A DNA stretch of 64,000 bases from NCBI GenBank assembly GCA_052327205.1, contig CM126216.1, forward strand, positions 59,892,001-59,956,000. Direction: 5' to 3'. A program made the translations under genes and the position numbers. Below are positions 1-10,535 of the stretch, piece by piece (positions within the stretch are counted from its first letter, which is position 1; the number at the start of each line of letters is the position of its first letter). The DNA comes from Somniosus microcephalus. Taxonomy: Eukaryota. The notes under the pieces are model-generated. The model was given only the letters and a program-made list of their open reading frames with translations. It searched no databases and was not told the origin of the DNA.

Positions 1-6
1 ATTAAT

Positions 7-162
7 NNNNNNNNNNNNNNNNNNNNNNNNNNNNNNNNNNNNNNNNNNNNNNNNNNNNNNNNNNNNNNNNNNNNNNNNNNNNNNNNNNNNNNNNNNNNNN
101 NNNNNNNNNNNNNNNNNNNNNNNNNNNNNNNNNNNNNNNNNNNNNNNNNNNNNNNNNNNNNN
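7..162. other. Assembly gap (run of N)
   Basis: 156 consecutive N bases. Confidence 0.99.
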
Positions 163-289
163 TGAAGACAGCGTCAGCTAGCATTACACTTAATTCCACA
201 AATATGCAGAATGTCCGCAAACAATAAATGGAATGTCATACATCTTATTTTGTTTCTTTTAAATTGACTTTTATTTCAGAAAGTTGTGG

Positions 290-415
290 GCTCTATCCAC
301 TGTGGACTTGAGCTCATAATCCTGGCTAACACTTCAGTGCAGCACTGAGAGAGTGCTGCATTGTTGAAGATGCCGTTTTTTAGCTAAGACCTTAAGCCGA
401 AGCCTTATCTGAGAT
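290..415 (+). mobile_element. Fragment of a Deu-domain tRNA-derived SINE (SacSINE1-like)
   Basis: 'acttcagtgcagcactgagagagtgctgcattgttgaagatgccg' matches the body of the better-preserved copy at 52320-52700. Confidence 0.7.
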
Positions 416-504
416 GCTAAATCAAGGCCCTCTCTGAGGCTGTACAAATGCAAGTTCTTTATTTTAATTGAATGTTTCATCGGTTTGTTTCTTTGCCCCC
501 TCCA

Positions 505-848
505 ATTATCTCTCCTCCTTGCCTGAAGGTGCTGGCTGCTGGAGTACAGTTTCATGAACACTGGCTAACGTTTGATACTTCACTTAAGTTACTATTCTTG
601 TATAGGCCTACACAGGGGGACATCACAGCCAAGCCCCATCCTGTTGTTACCATACACACACATTCCAACAAAACTCATTGGATACTAGACAGAGAACTCT
701 GGCTATTTCTATCCTCCCACATCCTAGTCTAGGGCTCCGTGGGCAATTGCACTGACATCTTGGCTGACATCAACCAACTCAATACAGAGTAGGAAGTGAA
801 CCTCAATTACACACCAGGCAGTGGTCTTATCAACTGAACCATCAAAGA
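505..848 (-). mobile_element. Old tRNA-derived SINE, second family (here 'SINE-B'), highly diverged
   Basis: Same ordered motifs as other copies: 'ctgaaggtgctg', 'catcacagccaagcc', 'cacaccaggcagtg', 'actgaaccatc'. Confidence 0.6.
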
Positions 849-1279
849 GTTTTCTTTTTAATCATTTTCTATTTTAGTCAGATTCAAATTCATGTTTCAT
901 ACAGTGAACTGTTTTCAGGTTGTTATTTGTATCTATAAATAACTTGAATGTTCTGGACCAGAGCTGATCTTGGATCAGGGCAGGTTGAGTTGAACTGGAC
1001 TCAGTTCCTTCATCTGTTATAAATAATATGGTGAAAAACTCATAGGCTTAAAGGTAGAGTCACTGCAGTTCAATTTTATTCTAGGTTTCAGTGTAAATAT
1101 GAGAGGACGAGTAAATAAAATCACTAATTGTTCTTGTTAATGATTCTGGGGGGCATTTACATGTGCTGAGTCTCTATCCATTACACTGCATACCCTCTGC
1201 CATTAAAGTAAAGATAAGTATAAAAGACCCAATCTAATAACTCTGCCATATGCCTAGCTCTAATATTGGAGTGGGAGTG

Positions 1280-1485
1280 GGAGTGATTTCTGCCGGCTCA
1301 GACACCTGCTGAGGGCCTCAGGTGAGTCCGGGAGGGGGGCAAAGGCAATCAGGAGTGGGGGAGGGAGCAGTGGCCAGCAGCGGCCCATGGTTTAATGTGC
1401 GAACGCTTTCTGCCTGCCCTACTGGGGTCTTAATAGTCCGACTAGCGCCTGAAAAACGGGTGCTGCGCAGACCAATTTCTAGGTC
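1280..1485. mobile_element. Partial GC-rich MITE (Harbinger-like end)
   Basis: Ends 'aatttctaggtc', resembling the AATTTCTAGGCC terminus of the 52990-53675 element; CpG-rich. Left boundary uncertain. Confidence 0.45.
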
Positions 1486-2369
1486 ACTATGTGTCTGTGC
1501 CATAGTCTCCCTATGTGGTGAGTTCTGTATCTCAGTTGTGCCGTCACAAGCAGCTGCTGAGCAAAGACCAGCCATAGTCAAGGAGGGTCACCACCAGACT
1601 CTCTCACACCCCCTAGTGGTAGGACACGTGAGAGACACTAATGGATACTTTGGAACATGTTGCCCATGGTTTTGGTCATGGCTTGGTGTGAAAACAGGGG
1701 CAAAATCATTTTTTTTTACGGAGAAAAATGTAGATTCTGCTGTAATCAGAAAGAGTTTTCTATATTCTGGAACAGGAGCCGGCTGTTGCTCAACAGAATT
1801 TGAGCTGCCAGTAGTCAAATTGGTTAATGCTGTTGGGCAGCTCCCTTTGGCTGCATTTCCACTTACCACATTAGCCAAACTGACTCTTGTGTCGGTTTAA
1901 GCATTAATACATACAGATGTCTGGGGAAGTGGGAGGAGAGTGAGTTGTGGCTCAGAAATTAGAGTTGCCTAATTTTCTTTTCTTGAAAATTAGCCACATT
2001 TACTCCGTCTGTCCAGTGACCCGATAATTGCTGCCCGATATTACTGATCTAATACTGTGGTAGTTCCTCTGCCTTAAAAGAATGAATTAAGGAATAATTT
2101 ATTCTCTGTTAGTCATTTTGTTTTTATTCCTTCTGAATATTTAATTCAACTGACATTTGAAATTTAAAAAACTCTTGTTAGCATTTGTAAAAATGGGGCC
2201 AATAAGTGATTATGAATCACAATTGAATAGTCTAATTACTTTTTAATTATGTCTTTCTTAGAGTATGTAAGAGATACCAATCAATTAGTTTCTGAATGGT
2301 TTGAGATATAAGTGAAAGGCAATTTGTGATTCTTGTTTCTGCCTTGCTTAGCTCCCATCCCCCACACCT

Positions 2370-2750
2370 CCAATTTCTCCCCTCCTTTCCTGAAAGCACT
2401 CACTCCTACTGGATATGATTCCATGGGCAGCTGCTGGCTTCTGACTACCATACTCAAGTGGTCAATCTTCACTTGTGGCCCTCGACAGTGAATAGCAGTT
2501 GTCTGTTTGATCATCAGGCGGGCGGCGGGCAGGGGAGGGGGGGGGTCACTTCACAACTGAGTCCAATCCTGAAATCCACACATGTGCACTTTCCAATAGG
2601 CTCACTGGAGAGTGACGAGGAGTGGGAGTACTGGCTGATTTTTTTTTCTCCTACTTGGGCTACAATCAGCTAACCTAGTTCAGACCAAGGGATCTTCAGG
2701 TCTGTATGGTTCAGCGCCTCATTGGGGAGTGTTTAGACGACTGGGGACCT
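2370..2750 (-). mobile_element. SINE-B copy
   Basis: 'cactttccaatagg...tcactgg...ctggctgattttt...ggtctgtatggttcag' matches the other copies. Confidence 0.65.
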
Positions 2751-2936
2751 TCAGATACCTGCAGTTGAGGTAGTTGTGCAGAGGGTTTCAGAAAGTCTCA
2801 CACACAAAGTAAAAATAATTGGATTCTTTCCATTTATTGCCCATTCCTCCATTGCTGCCTACTTTGGATTTTAATGGTTGCATTTATTAGGGAGCGATTG
2901 AGTTTGCACCACTGCGAGTAAGCTGTTAACAGATAC

Positions 2937-3314
2937 CTCCGACGTGGCAAGAGAGCCCCAGGTGGGCAGAGGAAACGCTTCAAGGACACCCTCAAAGCCT
3001 CCTTGAAAAATACATCCCCACCGACACCTGGGAATCCCTGGCCCAAGACCGCACAAAGTGGAGGAGAATTATCCAGGAAGGCGCCGAACACCTTGAGTCT
3101 CTTTGCCGGGAGCAAGCGGAAGCCAAGCGCAAACAGCGGAAGGAGCGCACGTCAACCCAAGCATCCCACCCACCCGCCCCTTCAACCACCATCGGCCCCA
3201 CCTGTGACAGAGACTGTAGGTCCCGCATTGGACTCATCAGCCACCTGAGAACTCATTTTTAGTGTGGAAGCAAGTCATCCTCGGTTCCGACTGCCTAAGA
3301 AGGAAGAGAAGAAG
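2937..3314 (+). mobile_element. 5'-truncated RTE-clade LINE (3' end)
   Basis: Encodes GKRAPGGQRKRFKDTLKASLK and a CDRDCRSRIGLISHLRTH zinc-finger-like end; GAA-rich tail; TSD AACAGATAC at 2928-2936 and 3315-3323. Confidence 0.9.
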
Positions 3315-4539
3315 AACAGATACTTACAGTCCTACTGGTCTGTAATCTAAACAGTGGATAAGAGGTGGCTCTGATGGATTGGGTGGGAGGAGGGATGAAT
3401 GGGAAAATGTGTGTGACTGACTTTCTCTCTCATCTCTGTGTGATGTGGTGTGTTTCTTTGAGCAGATACTTTAGAACACGTAACAAGGGTGGTGTATCAG
3501 ACAACAAATGTTGTGCTTAATTTGTCTTCCAATTGGCTTATCCCTGTTACATGTATCACTGCAGAGTTGAGAGTCCGACTTGACAAACAGCAGTGTAACG
3601 AGCCTGAAAGCTGATAAGCTAGACGTCACTGCTGTGTGACACTGCTCACTCTCACATCTAACTGTACCTCTCAGCTGTCCAATGAACACTCCAGAGTCCA
3701 ATTACTAGTGGAAGAATGCTAACTGTCCAAACTGGACACTATTGTAATATAGGTGATGAAATTCCTCCCATACTGGAAAAGTCGCCGTGAGAACAAAATG
3801 AGTAAAATTATCAAAAGGAGAAATCTCATCACCCTAGGTTTTTTTTTTGGAACTTGTTTAAATGTTGATACCACTAGGTCACCAGCACACTCAGTAAATT
3901 TAATTTAGGAAGCCTACTAAAGACATCTAGGGGGTGACCTCCAGCGCTGCATAGACTTTTCCCTGCAATTCCACTTTGAGAATTAGGCACGAGAGTCTAG
4001 TATCAGAACACTCACAGCGATCCCCAGAAAGATGACGAGCAAGTGCACTCAGAGCAAGCTTGATTTTTCACATGGCCCATAAGCATTGGTTTGAAGGTGA
4101 TGTTTACAGAAGCAAAGCAGCACAGATTGTATCTCTTCTCAGGAACAGCCCTTTGACAGGATTTCACAGGGTAGTGTCATTGCCTGTTTTATAGCAGTAT
4201 TTCTGCCATGCTTTTTTGCCATTAACACAGTTTAAAGGGCCACTGCCATCAGCAATTTCTAACTTGCAAGCCAGAAAAAAAACCTGTTCTAATCTGTATC
4301 ATCTAGCATATAAAGCAATAAAACATTGTTGAGATAAACCTCGTGGCAGTACAGGTTTTGTTAGGTCATGATGTACACTTTCAGGTTTTATGTTAGCTAT
4401 CAGTAGTGATGCACTGTGTCAGATGGGTCCTATCTCACTGTGTCTCAATCCCAAAATTTATGACACGGTGTCTCAGTGTATAATGGCAACAAAAAAACAG
4501 CATGAGACGAATTTAAATTGTGCAAACTAATAAATAGCG

Positions 4540-4990
4540 GAGGGTAGCTGAAGCCTCACTTGGTAAAGCTATTTATTGGCCAGTGTGGTACTGATCAATA
4601 CAGACCAATCAGTCTCTGGTTCAACCACTGGTCTGTGCTGAGTTCGCTGATTTCAGCCGATGTGCCAGCAGCGGTGTTACAATTGCCCCTGGATTAGGGA
4701 AAAGAGGAAAATCAGAAAATGCTGGAAGTACACAGCATAGGTTAACATTTTGGGTATCGGCCCTCTGTTAGACAAAGGGCCTAACCGGAGATGTTAACCT
4801 GTTGTTTCTCCATTCAGCTGATGAAAGACCTGCACAGTATTTTCAGCATTCACGGCTTTTTCTTTTAATCTTTGAGGAGAAAAATCAGATGGGACCCCAG
4901 TTCCTAATTGCTGCTCGGTGGGACTCCTGTTGGAAAGCACCCGTGCGTGGATATTGAGTAAGGACAGTATCCAGTTCAGATGTGCTGCCC
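4540..4990 (+). mobile_element. SINE-B copy interrupted by a fold-back insertion
   Basis: tRNA-like head ('gtggtactga...ggttcaa') and body 'aaaatcag...gtaaggacag'; interrupted at about 4713-4870. Confidence 0.6.
4713..4870. mobile_element. Degenerate Penelope-type fold-back repeat (same family as 55326-55542)
   Basis: Inverted arms 'aaaatgctggaagtac...gttaacatt' and 'gatgttaacc...gtattttcagcatt'. Confidence 0.55.
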
Positions 4991-6594
4991 TCCTGCCAGT
5001 GCTCACTTTAAACTCACACATTCCGAATGGCCATTAGATGAGGCACTGGAAGGTGAGTGGGTCCCACCTCAGTGGGGGCCAGTGCCCTCAAAATTCAGTG
5101 AAGAAATGGGGTCCAAAGCACAAGCAGGGGACAAAATGTTTGCAAAAGGAAAGGATTCCGCAGCAATGGCTCGGTGCAATTCCGGATTCACTTCTTTCAA
5201 CCATTCACTTCAGCAAAATGTATCGAACAATCTCTACAGAGATTTCTATCCAGTCTGCGTTTACTTCTGAAAATGAGAAAATATCCTCCCAGCCGTGAAT
5301 TTAATATTAATAATAGCCGAGAAACTACTAATTACTCTCTCTACCTCCACAGCTGCTTAATGCAATGCATCACTTAAATTAATTAATGATTTCAATCATG
5401 AACTTTTTGAAAAATGTTACGATTCCTCTCATGTCGGCGATGCAGTGACCTGGGAGTGTGAAATCTGTATTATGTAGCAAGTAACCAATTAATTGATTCG
5501 CAAATTATTTAAAGTTTGTTATGCCCAAGGGAGCACTCAGGCTAACGATAGGAGTTTTCTTCTTCCTCGGATTTAAAAAAAACCCCCATCAGATTTTAGT
5601 TGGGCACAGACTGTCTCGGCACCTAACAAACCCTTTTGAATAGTGCCTGTGAGCCGAGCCCAGGTACTGGCAGATCCCAGGGTTGCTGTCAAACGTTTGG
5701 TTTAAGTATCGGATAAGTGGCTGTTTCTGTTTCCTGGTATCAGGCAGCCTAATCTCGGTACCCATTAGCAATTGCTGTCATTCAGACACACAGTGTCTGG
5801 CTGATTTAAATAAAATGAAATGAAGATAGTTGTTTCTGGTCCCTTGGCTTCAGTCATTGCCATAAACATATGCTCCGCGTCCTGCTTCTTTCCATCTTAT
5901 TTATGACTTTAATTTGTTGTGTGGGCTGCGTTAGAAATTAAATTTAATACAATTCTCCGAGGGACCCTGTCATATAATAACATGGTAATTTCTGTGTATC
6001 CTTTTGAAAAATGAGGAAATTAATTCTTCTTGACATGTTCTAATTATTCCAGTGTGAATGGCAAACGTACTTTCCCGGCCCCTGAAGTGTTATAGGCAAG
6101 TGGCTGCGTTGCAGCACCGAGGTGCTAATGCTGACCAGCAGTGCGTTTAATTTGAAACACGAGTAGACACCTTTCAACACACCTTAGTAATATGGGAGTG
6201 CTTTGCAAAAATTAATTCACAACTTATTTAGCGGCTTAGCCTCGGGGTTAGTTTTTTTTTCTCCCAGTCTGGTGTTGGCTTCTCGAGAGGAATTTTTATT
6301 GCAGTAATTTATTTTTTTAACCTACTGTTTTTCATTGATTGCGCAAACACAGCTCGAATACTTTAAGGTTTTAACAAATAGTGATTTTTTTTCTTCTTCA
6401 GTCAGTGTTGGAAGCTAAGCCGTTTAGAAACGGACTCTAAACTATTTGTTTTCTCGTTAAACTCGGAGGGAGGGGGTGGAGAGAGAAACAAGATAAACTA
6501 GCTGACCTCCAGGAGCATGACCCTTGCAGGACCAAACCAGAATGACATGGGGAGTGACAATGTCGTCATCCAACGGCAATTTCACCCAATCCAG

Positions 6595-6989
6595 GCTGCT
6601 CCTCGATTTTTGGCTGCACTTCAGTCCCACGCTCCTGATCTTTGGTCACCTGGTGCGGAGGGGAGCGGGCAGTTCAGAGGACCTCCTCATAGGACTGCTC
6701 CTGGGCATGGCCAAAGTGGTCATTAACTGGTCCAGGCAGCGGGCGGTCCAGGGGGCCGTTGAGCCCGACTGCCTGCCTCTCTTCCGCGGCCACATTCGCG
6801 CCCGGGTGGCCCTGGAAATGGAGCACACGATGTCCGCCAGCTCGCTCGAGGCCTTCCGTGACCGGTGGGCGCCGCGGAGACTGGAGTGCATCATCACCCC
6901 AGCCAACAAAATTTTAATTTAATTTGTTAAGTTTTATTTAAAGTTTTATTAGTTACAGATTATTTGTTTTAGCACCCAAACCAAAAGAG
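6595..6989 (+). mobile_element. 5'-truncated Tx1/L1-clade LINE (ORF2 C-terminus and 3' UTR)
   Basis: ORF 6524-6922 contains LLLDFWLHFSPTLLIFGH...LLGMAKVVINWSR...EAFRDRWAP; TSD T(T/A)CACCCAATCCAG at 6581-6594 and 6990-7003; homologous to 55742-56258. Confidence 0.8.
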
Positions 6990-7099
6990 TACACCCAATC
7001 CAGTTAAAGAAGGAAATTTGCCAATGGGGGATTAGTGGGACAGGGTAGTTTATGGGGGAGAAGTAGGACATTGGACATTGAAAGCCCTTTAATAAGAGT

Positions 7100-7345
7100 T
7101 CCAATTTGGTTCAGTGGGCACACACTTCACGTGGTGTTGCACTGAGCACTGGTTTGTGCTGAGTTGAATGATTTCAGCTGGGATAGCGGTGAGGTTATTA
7201 CAATTGGCTTCAGTGTTCCCAGGCTAGAGAAGGCGGGGGAAAAAATCAGCTATGGCCAAAAGCCTAACTACACTCACTCACAAAGCTCACAAATGAATAA
7301 AGGCCAGTTGGGGGGAGGCAGGATAGATTGGCTGGTGCCCACAAA
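7100..7345 (+). mobile_element. SINE-B partial copy
   Basis: 'ggtttgtgctgagttg...tacaattggcttcagtg...aaaaatcagc'. Confidence 0.55.
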
Positions 7346-7597
7346 ATCACAACTCAACTTGGAGGAGGGAGGGGGGGGAAAGGGTTTTACAAATGAATTC
7401 ATTTTACAAAAATGAACGAGGATATGTATTGATAATTAGTGTTGATGGCCGCAAAGGGATCAAATTCTTCTGCAAGACACGGGAAATGTAAGCAAATAAT
7501 GCAGCTTCATGACGGGTATGACAATATTCCAAGATTGCAGTGTACTGTTCGAATAGACACCACTAACTATATAGCAAATGTGTGTTTCTCTTATCAT

Positions 7598-8100
7598 CAA
7601 CAACAACAACAACTTGTATTTATATAGCACCTTTAACATAGTCAAAAGTCCCAAGATGCTTCACAGGAGTATTATAAAACAAAAAATTTGACACCGAGCC
7701 ACATAAGGAGAAATTAGGGCAGGTGACCAAAAGCTTGGTCAAAGAGGTAGGTTTTAAGGAGCGTCTTAAAGGAGGAAAGAGAGGTAGAGCGGTAGCGAGG
7801 TGGAGAGGTTTAGGCAGGGAATTCCAGAGCTTAGGGCCCAGGCAAGAGAAGGCACAACCACCAATGGTTGAGTGATTATAATCAGGGATGCTCAGGAGGG
7901 CAGAATTAGAGGAGTGCAGATATCTCAGGGGGGGTTGTGGGGCTGAAGGAGATTACAGAGATAGGGAGGGGCGAGGCCATGGAGGGATTTGAAAACAAGG
8001 ATGAGAATTTTGAAATCAAGGCGCTGCTTATCCAGGAGCCAATGTAGGTCAGCGAGCAGAGGGGAGATGGGCAAACGGGACTTGGTGCGAGTTTGGACAC
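7598..8100 (-). mobile_element. L2-clade LINE 3' fragment
   Basis: (TTG)n tail and 3' end 'ttaaaggtgctatataaatacaag' on the minus strand; minus-strand ORF remnant; L2-like 3' UTR 'ttaagacgctccttaaaacctacctctttgaccaagc'. Confidence 0.8.
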
Positions 8101-8635
8101 GTCATATCAGTACATAAGAATGTACAAAATATCATCTCAGCAGTACAAGCCTCAATATGAAGCCTCTTGTTTTCTTGGATGCAAGAGAAAAGATTAAGGA
8201 AAGGATCTGCTGCAATTACAATTTGTAGATAAATTGGCCTATTATTACGAGGCGTTTTAAGCTTAAGGATTTACATGGCTTTGTTATATTGCAACTGCTT
8301 GGAAATAATCCACTGGAAATAGTGTGCTCCTCTTCCAACTTCTCAACACACATGCATTCTAATATGATGCAGTGCTTTGATAAGCATTAACACGGGAGTT
8401 AAGCTGTGTGTCATGAATCAGATCCCTCAGAATCTCATTGATTTTCAACCTGGTTGAATGCATAAAAATAATAAAGAGCCCTGCAATTGGAGGAATTTTT
8501 GCTTCCCGTGGGGAGGAAATTGAATCTAAATTTGACTCCAAGCTTCTGTATAGGCTGATCCTTGGTAACAACATAAAATTTAGCAGATTTAGATGTTTAT
8601 CATGTATTATATGTTAAAGGATGTTTGCCTAAACT

Positions 8636-8870
8636 CCCTCAATGGCTTGGTGAGTAAATGCATTGCCTGGTGGAGTACTGAGCCATACAGATCAGGAGGG
8701 TTCTAGGTTCAATCTCTGTTCCCCACTGAGGCAATGGTAGAAGTGCTATAGTTCTCCTCAATGTCTTCAGCTTATGGAGGTGGAAAAAAAATCAGATGGA
8801 AATTGGACTTCTAATCTTAATCCAGTCACCCCTGCTTGAAAATGCTTGTGTATGTGCTTGCACACATGAG
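8636..8870 (+). mobile_element. SINE-B 5' part with pol III A/B box-like head
   Basis: 'tggcttggtgag' (A-box-like) and 'ggttcaatc' (B-box-like), followed by the family body. Confidence 0.6.
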
Positions 8871-8932
8871 TGTGTATATATGTGTGTGAATGATTATATG
8901 TGTGTTTGTTTGTGTGTATATGTACGAATATA

Positions 8933-9405
8933 GGGGGTAGATTTTAACTATTGGCGGACCGATTGTCAGAGCTGGCCCGCTGGCCGTTCGACTGTGCCAG
9001 TGGGAGGTCTGATCCCAGTGGGAGGTCTGATCCCAGTGGGAGGTCTGATCCATTTATAGGATTGGGTCTCGTTAAGATATATGTTGCAAGCCTCGGGTGC
9101 CAAACGGCGGTCACAATGCAACTCATCAGCTCCGGCCCGGTGCAATGTTGGCTGGCCCGAGGCCGATCCAGCTAGAAAAAAGGTAGGTTAGAAGGGGTTA
9201 TGATAGCAGTGGGCATCGTCATAGGACCCTGATTTTCATAGATTAATGAGGCTCCTGCCTGATTCAGGCAGGGGCCTCAGCCACCCAGCAGAAGGCCTAG
9301 GGAGATATAGCATCAGAATGGGCACGGGGCGGTAAGTCTGCCATCTCTATTTCAGCTCTGTTACTGCCCTGTTTCCACCAAGCAAAGGGGGTTAAAATGT
9401 CCCCC
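8933..9405. mobile_element. GC-rich MITE with imperfect TIRs
   Basis: Starts GGGGGTAGATTTTAAC and ends GTTAAAATGTCCCCC; TA on both flanks; CpG-rich interior. Confidence 0.65.
8997..9050. repeat. Perfect 18-bp tandem repeat x3 (CCAGTGGGAGGTCTGATC)
   Basis: Directly visible; gives the DQTSHW x3 repeat in ORF 8826-9053. Confidence 0.95.
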
Positions 9406-9869
9406 TATGTGTACGTGAGTGTATGGGGCCCATTTTTTGGTTTTGACAGACATCGAGCGGGTGCTGGGCAAAGTGTGCTTCCTGCCCATCTGATGTCACT
9501 GGCGAGAGGGCCAGCTAATCTTTATGGCCGGGCCTCATTACCATTCCGTTGGCGAGATGCTTGTGCATTTCGAACAGCTGGCCGATTGGAGGGGCTGACT
9601 CCTTCCCCCATTTACTAACTCAGAAGAGACTGGGGACTGAACCTGGGATGTTCCTGGTCTGTCCGACTGAGTCCCACATTTACTGACGCAGCCATTGTGA
9701 AAACTCTGAACAGCTAATGATATTTCAGTCAGCTCGTTGGCCCAAAGGTATCTGTCTGGCTAAGTATGAACCATACCAGACATGCCTCTGCTAATGAGCA
9801 TCGCATTGCACTGAGAAATTCATAATCCCACCACAATCTTCACTCTGAATGTTTCACAATTCTCTGTAG

Positions 9870-9893
9870 CTCATGGATCCTGTGCCTCTTCAG
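9870..9893 (+). CDS. Weak candidate 24-nt micro-exon (LMDPVPLQ in frame 0)
   Basis: 'tctctgtag' acceptor and a consensus CAG|GTGAGT donor; length is a multiple of 3; no stop codon. Confidence 0.2.
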
Positions 9894-10149
9894 GTGAGTA
9901 CCAGTTACTGCACCCAGCTGGAGATCTACTCTATTTATCTGACCCAAGGACACTGTGTTCGCTCTGCTCCTCCTTTCTTTCTGTATTTTTAGGAAGCAAC
10001 ATTGATGCTGGAATTAGATCAGGCTACATGTAATATCATGTTTCCTGTCACATGCATTGTGAAATGTAGAGTCAGGTTTCACTTATCTCTTTGCACCAAG
10101 GAGAAATTGGTTTTCAAGCACACTCAGGCTGGCATTGAGATCATAGAGA

Positions 10150-10535
10150 CAATTACAAACCAATACCATATTGAGCGGAGATCAGTAATATACCAATATT
10201 GTATAGGAGCGGAGATCAGTAATAAATCAATATTGTATAGGAGCGGAGATCAATAATAAATCAATATTGAATAGAGACAAATATCAATAACTAACCAATA
10301 TTGTATAGGGACAGAGAGCAGTAACAGACCAATATTATACAGGAGCAGAATTTAGCAACGGATCAATATCATATAGGAGCGGTGATCAGTACTGTATAGA
10401 GCAGGGAGCAGCAACAGGCCACTCATTTATAGGAGCAGAGACCAATATCAGACAAGTGCTGTATAAAGCAGAGATCAGTAATAAGACCAATAATCAGTAA
10501 CAGACCAATAATTTTTAGGAGTTGAGATCAGTGAG
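10150..10535. repeat. Degenerate 34-bp minisatellite (about 11 units)
   Basis: Unit caatattgtataggagcggagatcagtaataaat recurs at 10194, 10228, 10262 and decays onward. Confidence 0.85.

Noticed and set aside
2-220. ORF running into X residues
   Set aside because: Artefact of the N gap.
1322-1900. 192-aa ORF
   Set aside because: GTG start inside a MITE remnant, no recognisable domain, no convincing exon structure.
8826-9175. ORFs with peptide repeats (DQTSHW, SGRSDP)
   Set aside because: Translations of an 18-bp tandem repeat inside a MITE.
10150-10535. CRISPR-like periodicity (also 36550-36870, 47620-47950, 59100-59540)
   Set aside because: Units are contiguous and degenerate with no unique spacers, there are no cas genes, and the context is vertebrate.
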